DNA of 58,172 nucleotides from Barthelona sp. PAP020 (lineage: Eukaryota): positions 1 to 58,172 of the forward strand of contig JARQWU010000035.1 of the NCBI GenBank assembly GCA_040182905.1. The letters are read 5' to 3'. A program made the position numbers and the translations under genes. Below, piece by piece: positions 32,324 to 41,828 of this stretch (position 1 is its first letter; the number at the start of each line of letters is the position of its first letter). The notes below the pieces were generated by a model, which did no database searches, had not been told where the DNA came from, and saw only the letters and a list, made by a program, of their open reading frames with translations.

Positions 32324-33571
32324 CTACATTTGGGCTAAATCAGTTTGTGTATTTAAATATTCATACAATGGATTACTATCAATTGTATATTCAATAATTC
32401 TCCATTTAATTTGACCTTGAATCAATTTGAACTGTAATAACAACCATTGACCATTTAAATAGAAAGGTCTAAGATCTTTGATTTCTGAAACTTCTCCAAT
32501 ATTTTCTGAAGAAATATCATTTAAATTCCATAAACCACTGAAATTAACATCATTACAAACATCTTCAGAAGAAAAAACATTGAACCAAGTTAAACATTTG
32601 ACTGTTTGACTTTCACCATCAGGCGATGCATCAAAACAAATGAGAGCATCAATTTTATTCACTTGCCGGTAATCACCAGCAAAAACAGCAATGTTCTTTG
32701 CATTTTCTGATTCCAAAAGCTCAATGAATTTACTAATAGCATAATCTTTATGTCCATAATAATAACAATGACGTCTTGACAAAACACCATTATCATTTTG
32801 CCAAACTAACCAAAAATGATAATCATTGTACAAAAAACCTAATCCCTTCATATAATTATCACCTACATGTTGAACTCCAGGAGCAAATCTAAAATTGTAC
32901 ACATGTTCGGCCTCTTCCATACTTTGTTCAATCGAATATCCACCAAGATATATATAAGACATTCTATAATTATACCCTTTTCTATTCCAGCAATTAGTAC
33001 CTCTGTCAATATAGAGATACGAATGGTCAAAGACCTCTGCCCCTACAGTTGTATAATAATTATGAGTTCGTATATTGTAAATATTTTGTGCTTTAATAAC
33101 AAATTGTCTTCGGGCCTTGAGCAAATCACCACTGCTTTGACCTGAATAATAGACCACCCTGTATTTCTGGTTCGATATAACGGGATTTTCATAATCTGGA
33201 TCACAATTTGCATATAATTCCACGGGACCAAGACATCCTACAGTACCAACATCACAGACCGAAGAAAAATCATCATCTAAATAAAATGGAGTAACACTGG
33301 TAGTTCCAGAAAGTCCAATAAAACATTTTGGCAACCCTGCCAATTTGTAAGAAATTCCTTCGTAAACAAAATGAAGTTTATATATGCCATCACTATCTTT
33401 ATTAAAATAAGGATAATTATCGAAATCTCCTGTGATATTTTCTAAACGAAGATCAGGAAAATCGTAAAATGTTCTAAATGGATTCATTACCCAATTGGAA
33501 TATGTTTTGCAATTCGAAAGAAAAAATAAAGCCAATATTAACAATAACTCAACTTTGATCATACCATTCAT
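32324..33571 (-). CDS. Secreted hypothetical protein (412-415 aa)
   Basis: Long ORF with signal peptide MIKVELLLILALFFLSNC, several Cys, Tyr-rich and no TM anchor. Start is ATG 33571 or 33562. Confidence 0.8.
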   Translation of the reverse strand: MNGMIKVELLLILALFFLSNCKTYSNWVMNPFRTFYDFPDLRLENITGDFDNYPYFNKDSDGIYKLHFVYEGISYKLAGLPKCFIGLSGTTSVTPFYLDDDFSSVCDVGTVGCLGPVELYANCDPDYENPVISNQKYRVVYYSGQSSGDLLKARRQFVIKAQNIYNIRTHNYYTTVGAEVFDHSYLYIDRGTNCWNRKGYNYRMSYIYLGGYSIEQSMEEAEHVYNFRFAPGVQHVGDNYMKGLGFLYNDYHFWLVWQNDNGVLSRRHCYYYGHKDYAISKFIELLESENAKNIAVFAGDYRQVNKIDALICFDASPDGESQTVKCLTWFNVFSSEDVCNDVNFSGLWNLNDISSENIGEVSEIKDLRPFYLNGQWLLLQFKLIQGQIKWRIIEYTIDSNPLYEYLNTQTDLAQM

Positions 33572-33858
33572 CGAATAAAAAACGTTTCTCTGAAATAATC
33601 TAACAAAAAAAAAAGTTTAGGTTGACCTGATTTCCCTATTTGTTTCATTTTTTTCCATTACTGCAGTTCAAGAATCAACGATTTTTTGTTTTGTGAAAAG
33701 TAAATAAAACAAATATAAAGTATTTTCAAAAATTTCATCTTAAAAAGCACTTTTTTTTTTTAACATTATTTTTTATAATTTATATCTTCATAAATAAATT
33801 CTTTTAAAATTAAGTTTTGGAAAACATTTCTTTTGCTTTTTCAATTGATGAATGTTTA

Positions 33859-36800
33859 ATGAACAATTGTGAGGCGTATGTACGAAATTGTATTCAATTT
33901 CACTACCCACGGTGTACGAAAGAAACTGAAATACCCCAATTTGAACAACCCATTCCATTATCTTCTATACTAACGCAACTTGGGTTAAGCGAACAATTAC
34001 CTGCGCTTTGGAATTCAATATTAATTCCAAGTATATCCAAGAATATTCAAGATTCGCTTGTCAAGAAGATATGCTTTTATTCTCATCAATTGTTTTTACC
34101 TCAACCAGGGTCATATCATTATGCTATTTTGTGTGTTATAAATACAAGCGCGCTATCATTAGGAACCACATTAGAGCCAAATGGTGATGGTTGTATTGGA
34201 ATTTTTGTAGATCCAACACATTGCAAGTTAATGATTAATTTGCCGTTTCTTTTGAATAATGATGCGTGTTTTATTTTAACCATCCCTAATTATTCAATAA
34301 AAACACGTGTGAATCTTGATTTTGATACTATTTATTTGTTTGGATTAAATCAAGGGATTGATTGGATGTCGTTGAAAGAATCTTTATCAATTCCTTTTTT
34401 TCCTACCATCAAGGGTAAATCTACTTTTATCAAGAAAAATTCAGAAAAATTCAAGTCTTTTTTTGACAGTTTTAACACAAAAACAATGAATGATTTAGAT
34501 AGTGGAGTGTTTTTTGCTGGGCAGAATTTATTGAATCCTTCACAGCAGGGATTACTTAGGATGTCTGATTCAATGTTCTATTTTATATTCAGTGATTGTA
34601 AATGTTTGATTGATTGTTTACAAGGGGCGTGTTTGTATTTGGGAATGGAAAGTAGACCTTCTAGCTTTCAAATAAATCAATTTGAAGTTGATTTTGATAT
34701 TCCAGGCTTTCCTATGAATCCCATTAGTGAATTAAAGAATTTTCATGCAACATTTGAAGTTGGAGCGGAATTAGTTGTTGATATTACTGAGTTTCAGTTG
34801 TTTTGTGGTTGTGGTTCCGTTGAATTTGCACCATTTTTCAAGCATAATAGTGGTCAATTGACGATAGCATATCTCAATAAACAAATTCAAATCAATGTTG
34901 AATCATTCATTGAACAGGGCGTCGTTACAAAATGGAATTTTCCCTACAATGATCTGAATCAAGCAACTGAGATACAATTTCTTTATTGCAATCAATTGGC
35001 TCAAATTATTGATATAAATACAGCCATTCAGTTGTGTAATGAAATCAGTCCTGCAATTTTTCAAACTTTAATGATAGGAATTCAAATGATGGGATTGAGT
35101 AATCTTGATCAAATCGCTTCGCCAAATGTGCAATTCAAACAGATTTGGTTAATGGTTGATGGAAAACTGATTACTGATCATTTACAGATAATTTGGGGAA
35201 TTCCTCCGTCTGAGAACAAGAGATTGAATCCCTTACCTCTCATGGATCTGGATGAAAGCGTTGATATGCGTTTTACCCACATGTTTCCTATCAACAAAAA
35301 ATCTGAAAAAACAATATCAACAGAGATTTATGGCCAAACTTTAATTGAAAATAATCCTTGGTTGTTGTCCTTGAAAGTCATCAGAATAGGTCAGGAAATG
35401 TTTTTTCATAACAGTGGCAATATCTATGATAATAGGGTGCTAGGTCCTATTGCTTCTGTTATTCTTGATCAATTGGGTGTCAAATTTCCTTTAAATTATA
35501 CGGTTGAAAAGTTTGATTATAAATTAGCACTTGGAGGAGGTGGAGGAAAATTGTCAATGTTAAAACTCTTTTGTCAAGGTGGTGAAGAACCAATTAAGAT
35601 TTCTTGTGGTCTTTTGTTACCCCATGTTGCTTCTGAAATTGATATTTTGCCCATTCTTCAAGTTCAAAATACTGTTGCCTTGGAATTTGATGTTGGACCT
35701 TGTTTTATGTCAAGTTTACCTCAATATGGGTGGTCTATTTCAAAAGAACAGAGATATAGAGGAGAAATTAACTTTGAAACAACATTTGAAAAATTATGTT
35801 CTTCATTAGGTTTGTCGATAGATGTTTTTGAAGACATTCAACCTTTTGTTTACAGTCTGAAATTACAAATTCAATCAATTGAAATAAACCCTGCGGCATT
35901 CATCAATGATCTGCGTTGTGGTTTTATCCTTTGTAATGGAACATGTACATTGGCTGATTGTGTTGGTTTTGGCTTAATATTTAGCACTAGTGATGGCATT
36001 AATTGGCGTTATGAATTAAGCTTGACAATGAACGAAATAAAACCTTCAGTATTTATTGCAAAACACAAACATTTGGACAAAATTTCCACATTTGGTGATG
36101 TTAATGTTCTTGTCAATAATAAAGGCATTCGTTACAATGGATTATTAGTGCTAGCAGTTAATGAATCACCCTTGCGCTGTTTACCATATCTTTCAACCAG
36201 AACTGCCGTTCCTTGTAGTGGTTTTATTAGTTATATGGGAAACCCCTGTTTGCAAGGGGAAATGGGAGGATTTTCTTTTCTCAACATGGTTGAGTTTGAT
36301 GATTTAACTTTTGGTATCATCACTGATCAAAGCAAGGAGGTACAATGGATGAGTAACGGAAAATCCGTTTTGACATTGTGGAATCAGAGGCATGATATTG
36401 CACAAACTTTGATTACCATTGATATGAAGTCTTCGAATTTAAGTACCAAGGTTCATTTAGTTATTGATGATAACACCAATGAGGTTCTGCCTTTTTTGTT
36501 TCTTAAAAATACTATTTTTTACGTGTTACTTGTTGATCCAAAACAAAAACCGGCTATTATTCGTTTGAGTGGTGGAATTTCTGTGTCCAATGGAAAAAAA
36601 TTAAGAGAACCATTGACTGGAACTGGTAGTTGGGCGATCACTGCACAAGCCATGAATAATAATTATTTTGAAGGACAATTAGATCCTTTTTCTTGGGTTC
36701 ATTTGCTGCAAGCAACTGTTGATATAGTAGATTTGGAACAGTATAGCATCAGACTCAAGACTTTCGATTTGCGCTTTAAAGGTAATCAACAATTGGATAA

Positions 36801-39800
36801 ATTTCAAATGAAGTTCACAAAAACAAAAGTCATTGCTGTTCCTGAAGATATGGTGGTTAAGGAGAAACCAAAGAAAAAAGGAACATATCTTACATCAGCA
36901 ATAAGAATTATGGGAAATTATCATGCAGATGCTGAATGGGAGCTCATACCTGGTGGAATGAAAATGCTTATTCGAGGATATCCACTTGATGTTGGGAATG
37001 GAAAAGTGAAATTTATTGGTAGTAGAACACACATGTTGAAAAAAGTAAAAGCATTAGAGGAAAATGGTATATGTATTGATATCATGATGTTTTCAAATGA
37101 GGACATGAATAAAAAAAATGGACATTTATATGCCAGTGCTGGTATTACCTTTTTAGGGGATGAAATGGATTGCCCAATCGTGATGCATTCTGATGGTTTT
37201 TCATTTCAATTTTCAACACCAAAATCTTTGGAGTTTTTGGATTTGGATATGGTATTTTTACCTGATACATGGGGTGTATTGGCTCAAGGAACCTGGACTT
37301 TAAATCTACAAGATGATTTGGGTTCTTTGAAAATTAATGGCATGAGCATTTTAAAACATGTTCTGTTGTATCGTAAGTTAATTTTCAATGTTTCAATGGA
37401 CATTTCAAATCAAGGATTTCAGGTTACATATAGTGTTGTTACCAAAATTGCGGGAACTCCTGTTCAAATATCAAACACATTCACATCTCATGCCACACAA
37501 ATTAAACAATTGAGAAGAGAAATCGGCAAACAAGTGAGAGATATTTTCATGAAACGTTTGACCACTTTAATTACAAGTTCCAATTCTCCAATTGTCTCAG
37601 CACACGAATTGTTTAAATTGGATATTCCTGAACTTATGGTACTTGGAGTTGCGATGGCTATGCCTGCATTTGATATTTGGGAAAGTTTAAAAAATGTTTG
37701 GTTCAATGAATTGGAAATCGCCAGTGCTGTATTTATTGCCAGTTATCAAAGTGCAGATCGTGATGATGCCATTGAAATTGTTAGAAAGGATTTATCTGAA
37801 AACAGTTTATCACAAGTTTTGAGTCATATAGGAATGCTTCGTGGCTCAAATGGGGTTGCCCAATTATATAAAGGTCAATCTGTTGCTGGTGATGTACATG
37901 TAAGCGACGAGTATCAATTGAGTGCAGGACATCTTGGCGTTGATTCTATTGATGGGGATGAAATATTTGGAACCAGAAAATTATCTGTTGGCGGTTTCAG
38001 CACATCTGATGGCATGAATGTTCATAAGATTAATTCAATGCAGGGCCTTTATTTTGATTTTGAAGCTTTTGATGAGGCATATTTAGAATATTCTGATGAT
38101 GATGTGTACGTTTATGAAGAAGAAGACTATTCTAGAACATCCCGAAATGTTGTCAAAAACACAATACAAAACCCTGATTTGACCTCTCATTTGGATGATG
38201 TTGTTGAAAAAGAAGTTGATAAATTTGCAGGTGAATTGGATGATGAGTCTCAGAAGTTTTTGAATGAAAATCTACATTTGCTTGATGCTTCTGTCGATAA
38301 GTCCAATGATTTTTCATCAAAACTGACTTATTCACTTGGCAATTTAATAAGACGTTTTGCGCAACAAACAGGATTCTCATTGTTGATCGGACCTTCTGGA
38401 ACCAAGTTACTGGATGAAAAACAACTAAAAAGGGAAAACCTTGTTCAAATGGACGATGAAACAATTGATGTTGCAGTTCTGATAGAGAAATCATTGTTAC
38501 GTTTGCAACAAGAAGCTGAAATGTTAGCTGAAAAAAAGAAAGAACAATTATTTGAAGAAAGGTTGTTGGAAAAAAGAGAATATCGAAGACAAATGAGTGG
38601 AAAATATCACGACGATCATCCTCAATATGCTGGTAATTATTCAACAGTTGAAACTGAAACCACTATACCTTCTGATGAATTTCCATTTGATAACCAAGAC
38701 CATTATTCACCAGAAATGTCTATGGATTCAATTCCAATTGTTAGAACTGGTGAAGTCCTATTATTGGGACAAACTTTCAATAAAGAACAATCTTATTCAA
38801 GCAAAAGACCAAAAGTTAATCTACCAATTCGCTATGGTTATGAACAAGCTGATGAAGAACCAAAATTAACAATGCTTCCCAAAAAAAACATAATTTCTGG
38901 TGTTGCTCCTGTTTTTTCCTTTCCACATCAAATAAAAGTAAAAAAACGAAATCCCAATCGGAAATCAGGTGCGCCAAGATACATTACTGAAGTAAAAACA
39001 GCAAATGAGTATTCAAAAGAATCCACTGTTACAACTGACGCGAAAGAACCAGAATTTGAACGTAATTTTATTGAAAAAGACACATCAATTATGACATTGA
39101 AGCGAAATGCCAATCAGGTTGCTGTGTTTGATAATGATGGCAATATGATGGCAATGCTTGAAAGAGACCAAGATAAAATTTTGTTGCAAGGCAATGAGGG
39201 AAAATATACCTACGAATTTTTGGATGAAACAATGCTTGATGAGTCAAGAAGACGAGAGGGTGGATTTGAAGTTCTGATGAATGATCAAAACCATTATTTG
39301 ATAGAACATGATCAAGTGCAAAACAGTATGAACCCAATCGTTTTAAAGAACAATGCGTTTGATGAGGATCCAATTGCCCTTGTTCCTGATGGAAAGGGAT
39401 CTTATAATGTCGATACAACTGGAAAATTTTCAATAGATGATAATAAGTCAAATTTCAAAAAAGTTAGTCGGAAAGAAATTCTTAAAATACAAGGTGATAC
39501 AATTACCAACAATAAGATGATTAAAAAACCACGAAGATCTCCAAGAAGAAGAAATCGAGGAAAAAATCTTCTTAAATTTAATACTACTCAGAGATATGGA
39601 ATGAATGTTTATTCGAAAAACAAAAAACAAGTGGCTATATCCAAATGGTTAGCAAAACTTATGAGAGAACAGTATTCTGGACAAAAACATCATCTTTCAA
39701 TTGCCAGATCTCATCATCAGCAAAAAACAATTGGTCATGTTAAAACACAAAACCTGTATGATGCAACAATTCCAAGCTTCCCAAGTTTGAAATTCAAGAG

Positions 39801-39831
39801 AAAAACGGTTGAAACTGTCATATTTGATTAA
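33859..39831 (+). CDS. Large hypothetical protein (~1,990 aa): beta-rich N-terminal two-thirds, acidic/coiled-coil middle, basic tail
   Basis: Stop-free ~6-kb frame. An in-frame TAA at 33811 precedes it and the first ATG is 33859. No catalytic motif recognised. Confidence 0.85.
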   Translation: MNNCEAYVRNCIQFHYPRCTKETEIPQFEQPIPLSSILTQLGLSEQLPALWNSILIPSISKNIQDSLVKKICFYSHQLFLPQPGSYHYAILCVINTSALSLGTTLEPNGDGCIGIFVDPTHCKLMINLPFLLNNDACFILTIPNYSIKTRVNLDFDTIYLFGLNQGIDWMSLKESLSIPFFPTIKGKSTFIKKNSEKFKSFFDSFNTKTMNDLDSGVFFAGQNLLNPSQQGLLRMSDSMFYFIFSDCKCLIDCLQGACLYLGMESRPSSFQINQFEVDFDIPGFPMNPISELKNFHATFEVGAELVVDITEFQLFCGCGSVEFAPFFKHNSGQLTIAYLNKQIQINVESFIEQGVVTKWNFPYNDLNQATEIQFLYCNQLAQIIDINTAIQLCNEISPAIFQTLMIGIQMMGLSNLDQIASPNVQFKQIWLMVDGKLITDHLQIIWGIPPSENKRLNPLPLMDLDESVDMRFTHMFPINKKSEKTISTEIYGQTLIENNPWLLSLKVIRIGQEMFFHNSGNIYDNRVLGPIASVILDQLGVKFPLNYTVEKFDYKLALGGGGGKLSMLKLFCQGGEEPIKISCGLLLPHVASEIDILPILQVQNTVALEFDVGPCFMSSLPQYGWSISKEQRYRGEINFETTFEKLCSSLGLSIDVFEDIQPFVYSLKLQIQSIEINPAAFINDLRCGFILCNGTCTLADCVGFGLIFSTSDGINWRYELSLTMNEIKPSVFIAKHKHLDKISTFGDVNVLVNNKGIRYNGLLVLAVNESPLRCLPYLSTRTAVPCSGFISYMGNPCLQGEMGGFSFLNMVEFDDLTFGIITDQSKEVQWMSNGKSVLTLWNQRHDIAQTLITIDMKSSNLSTKVHLVIDDNTNEVLPFLFLKNTIFYVLLVDPKQKPAIIRLSGGISVSNGKKLREPLTGTGSWAITAQAMNNNYFEGQLDPFSWVHLLQATVDIVDLEQYSIRLKTFDLRFKGNQQLDKFQMKFTKTKVIAVPEDMVVKEKPKKKGTYLTSAIRIMGNYHADAEWELIPGGMKMLIRGYPLDVGNGKVKFIGSRTHMLKKVKALEENGICIDIMMFSNEDMNKKNGHLYASAGITFLGDEMDCPIVMHSDGFSFQFSTPKSLEFLDLDMVFLPDTWGVLAQGTWTLNLQDDLGSLKINGMSILKHVLLYRKLIFNVSMDISNQGFQVTYSVVTKIAGTPVQISNTFTSHATQIKQLRREIGKQVRDIFMKRLTTLITSSNSPIVSAHELFKLDIPELMVLGVAMAMPAFDIWESLKNVWFNELEIASAVFIASYQSADRDDAIEIVRKDLSENSLSQVLSHIGMLRGSNGVAQLYKGQSVAGDVHVSDEYQLSAGHLGVDSIDGDEIFGTRKLSVGGFSTSDGMNVHKINSMQGLYFDFEAFDEAYLEYSDDDVYVYEEEDYSRTSRNVVKNTIQNPDLTSHLDDVVEKEVDKFAGELDDESQKFLNENLHLLDASVDKSNDFSSKLTYSLGNLIRRFAQQTGFSLLIGPSGTKLLDEKQLKRENLVQMDDETIDVAVLIEKSLLRLQQEAEMLAEKKKEQLFEERLLEKREYRRQMSGKYHDDHPQYAGNYSTVETETTIPSDEFPFDNQDHYSPEMSMDSIPIVRTGEVLLLGQTFNKEQSYSSKRPKVNLPIRYGYEQADEEPKLTMLPKKNIISGVAPVFSFPHQIKVKKRNPNRKSGAPRYITEVKTANEYSKESTVTTDAKEPEFERNFIEKDTSIMTLKRNANQVAVFDNDGNMMAMLERDQDKILLQGNEGKYTYEFLDETMLDESRRREGGFEVLMNDQNHYLIEHDQVQNSMNPIVLKNNAFDEDPIALVPDGKGSYNVDTTGKFSIDDNKSNFKKVSRKEILKIQGDTITNNKMIKKPRRSPRRRNRGKNLLKFNTTQRYGMNVYSKNKKQVAISKWLAKLMREQYSGQKHHLSIARSHHQQKTIGHVKTQNLYDATIPSFPSLKFKRKTVETVIFD

Positions 39832-39936
39832 CAGCAGTTTCAAATATTATAAAATTATTATTAATTTTTTTATCTGTTATGAATAGAATTGTTCCCGAAG
39901 AAAAAAACTTTTTCATCCCTAATTTTTTTTACGAAT

Positions 39937-41448
39937 ATGGTTGATTTACCGAATATAGACACATCAAATCACACCAAAGTACCGATTAGCGATGATTTAG
40001 AAACAAAAACTTCACTTCTTGAAAGAATAAACCGACTGGAAATCGAAAATGTAAATTTGAAAAAGCAAATTGAAACAATGGAAAACAATAAAAGTGAGCA
40101 AGATGACAAAGACAAAAATTCTTCTTCTGAATGTGAGGAATTAAAAAAACGAATTCGTCAACTTGAAAAAAGTTTATCAAAATATGAGACTCCAACACCG
40201 CATGCACATAAAACCAATCGAACTCCTAACAATAATAATAAGACGCCAATTAAAACACCAAATAATCGATCAACTCCAAAAAATACTGTATCACCTTCTA
40301 GAACATCGTCATATAAAAGAAAATTACCTCGTATCATAATGAAAACTAAAAAAACATCGAATCCTGTCCAAGAACCTTCAAAAGATGTTTTAAAATTATC
40401 CCTAGCTGGACACTTAGATTCAATTTCAGCTATTGACATTGATCCTTTTGATAACCAACGGTTTGTTACATGTTCCAATGATCAAACCTTACGATTATGG
40501 CAAATAAATAGGAATTTGGATGTTCCTGTTGATAATGGGTCTGATGGGTTGGACTTGATGGTAATTTTACGTGGTCATACAGATGCTGTTCTTGATGTTG
40601 CTTTTCATCAATCTCAACCACGTATTGCAAGTGTTTCTGAAGATAAGTGGTTACGTTTATGGAAGAGTACTTCTGATTCAAATAATGTATTTTTACGTAA
40701 TTCAATGGAAGATGATTTAATAAATTCAACAAATGCATTGGAAAGTGTGCCTCTTTGCTGTGAATTTGCCCCATGGCAAAACCATAGTGAAACACTTGCT
40801 ATTGGGGCGTATAAAGCGGTCCAATTATGGGATATGAATACATTTCAGGTATTACATACATTTCAAGGTGGTCATACCTTGCATGTGTATGATTTGGAAT
40901 TTCATCCAAATGAACAATTGCTTTTGACTGGATCTGATGATAAAACTGCTGTTATTTGGGATGTTCGTGACGAAACACCTGTTATAACAATGAAAGACCA
41001 CAAGAGTTGGATTTTAGATGTAGCATATTCAGCAGATGGAAATTATTTTGCCACAGGAGGAGCAGATAAAGTTGTAAACCTATATGATTCAAGATCTCAT
41101 AAAGTTTTACACAAATTGGTTGGTCATTCTGAATCAATTCGTTCAGTTGGTATATATGAAGGTCGTGTAGTTTCTTCTGGACAAGATATGTCTTTGAGAG
41201 TTTGGGACATCAATCAAGGAAATTGTATTTATGCTGTACATGCCCACAATGCAAGTGTCAATGACATGGCATTTTCTCCTGGTGAAAATCTGTTAATTAC
41301 AACTGGTGCAGACAAATCAATCAGAATTTGGGATGCAGAAATTCTTTTGTCACTCAATTCGAAAAGTAAAGATGATGATACTGATGAATCCGATCGCAAA
41401 AATAAACCTTCAAGGGCTTTTGATTTGGATGGAGTTGTTGAGGAATAA
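39937..41448 (+). CDS. Coiled-coil + WD40 repeat protein, striatin-like
   Basis: ATG 39937 follows a T8 tract. N-terminal coiled coil includes EELKKRIRQLEKSL (compare striatin DLVRRIKMLEYAL), then a low-complexity linker and about 7 GH..WD repeats. WD40 is certain; striatin orthology is tentative. Confidence 0.85.
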   Translation: MVDLPNIDTSNHTKVPISDDLETKTSLLERINRLEIENVNLKKQIETMENNKSEQDDKDKNSSSECEELKKRIRQLEKSLSKYETPTPHAHKTNRTPNNNNKTPIKTPNNRSTPKNTVSPSRTSSYKRKLPRIIMKTKKTSNPVQEPSKDVLKLSLAGHLDSISAIDIDPFDNQRFVTCSNDQTLRLWQINRNLDVPVDNGSDGLDLMVILRGHTDAVLDVAFHQSQPRIASVSEDKWLRLWKSTSDSNNVFLRNSMEDDLINSTNALESVPLCCEFAPWQNHSETLAIGAYKAVQLWDMNTFQVLHTFQGGHTLHVYDLEFHPNEQLLLTGSDDKTAVIWDVRDETPVITMKDHKSWILDVAYSADGNYFATGGADKVVNLYDSRSHKVLHKLVGHSESIRSVGIYEGRVVSSGQDMSLRVWDINQGNCIYAVHAHNASVNDMAFSPGENLLITTGADKSIRIWDAEILLSLNSKSKDDDTDESDRKNKPSRAFDLDGVVEE

Positions 41449-41828
41449 GAAGACAAAAACGTTAATTTCCCTTTACAAGAATACTTTTTCAACAATCTTT
41501 TTGTTTTGTGAAACTGAAGAAAATAAAATTTTAGACCATTTTTTGTTTATTTTTATTTTTGATTTCCAAATATAAAAAAAAAAGTAATAAATCATTGCTA
41601 GTTCAAATGATTTGTTTGAAAGAAGAAAAAAATGTGGTTTCTGAGAAATTGAATTCCCTTTCTTTTCTTGAATTTTGTTGGTTTTTTTTTTTGCAAAAGC
41701 TCTGATCGCATTAACATTCAGAAAAATTTTTTAGTTTTATAAAATTATCATTTGAATTTGCCAAGCCGAATTTTTCTTTCCAAAAATGTCTTTACCATGT
41801 TTTGTTGCTTTATTTAAAATTGATTCTA

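Noticed and set aside
33700..33814. Possible intron GTAAAT...TAAG upstream of the 2,000-aa gene
   Set aside because: There is no upstream ATG-bearing exon between 33572 and 33700 and no branch motif at the expected spacing.
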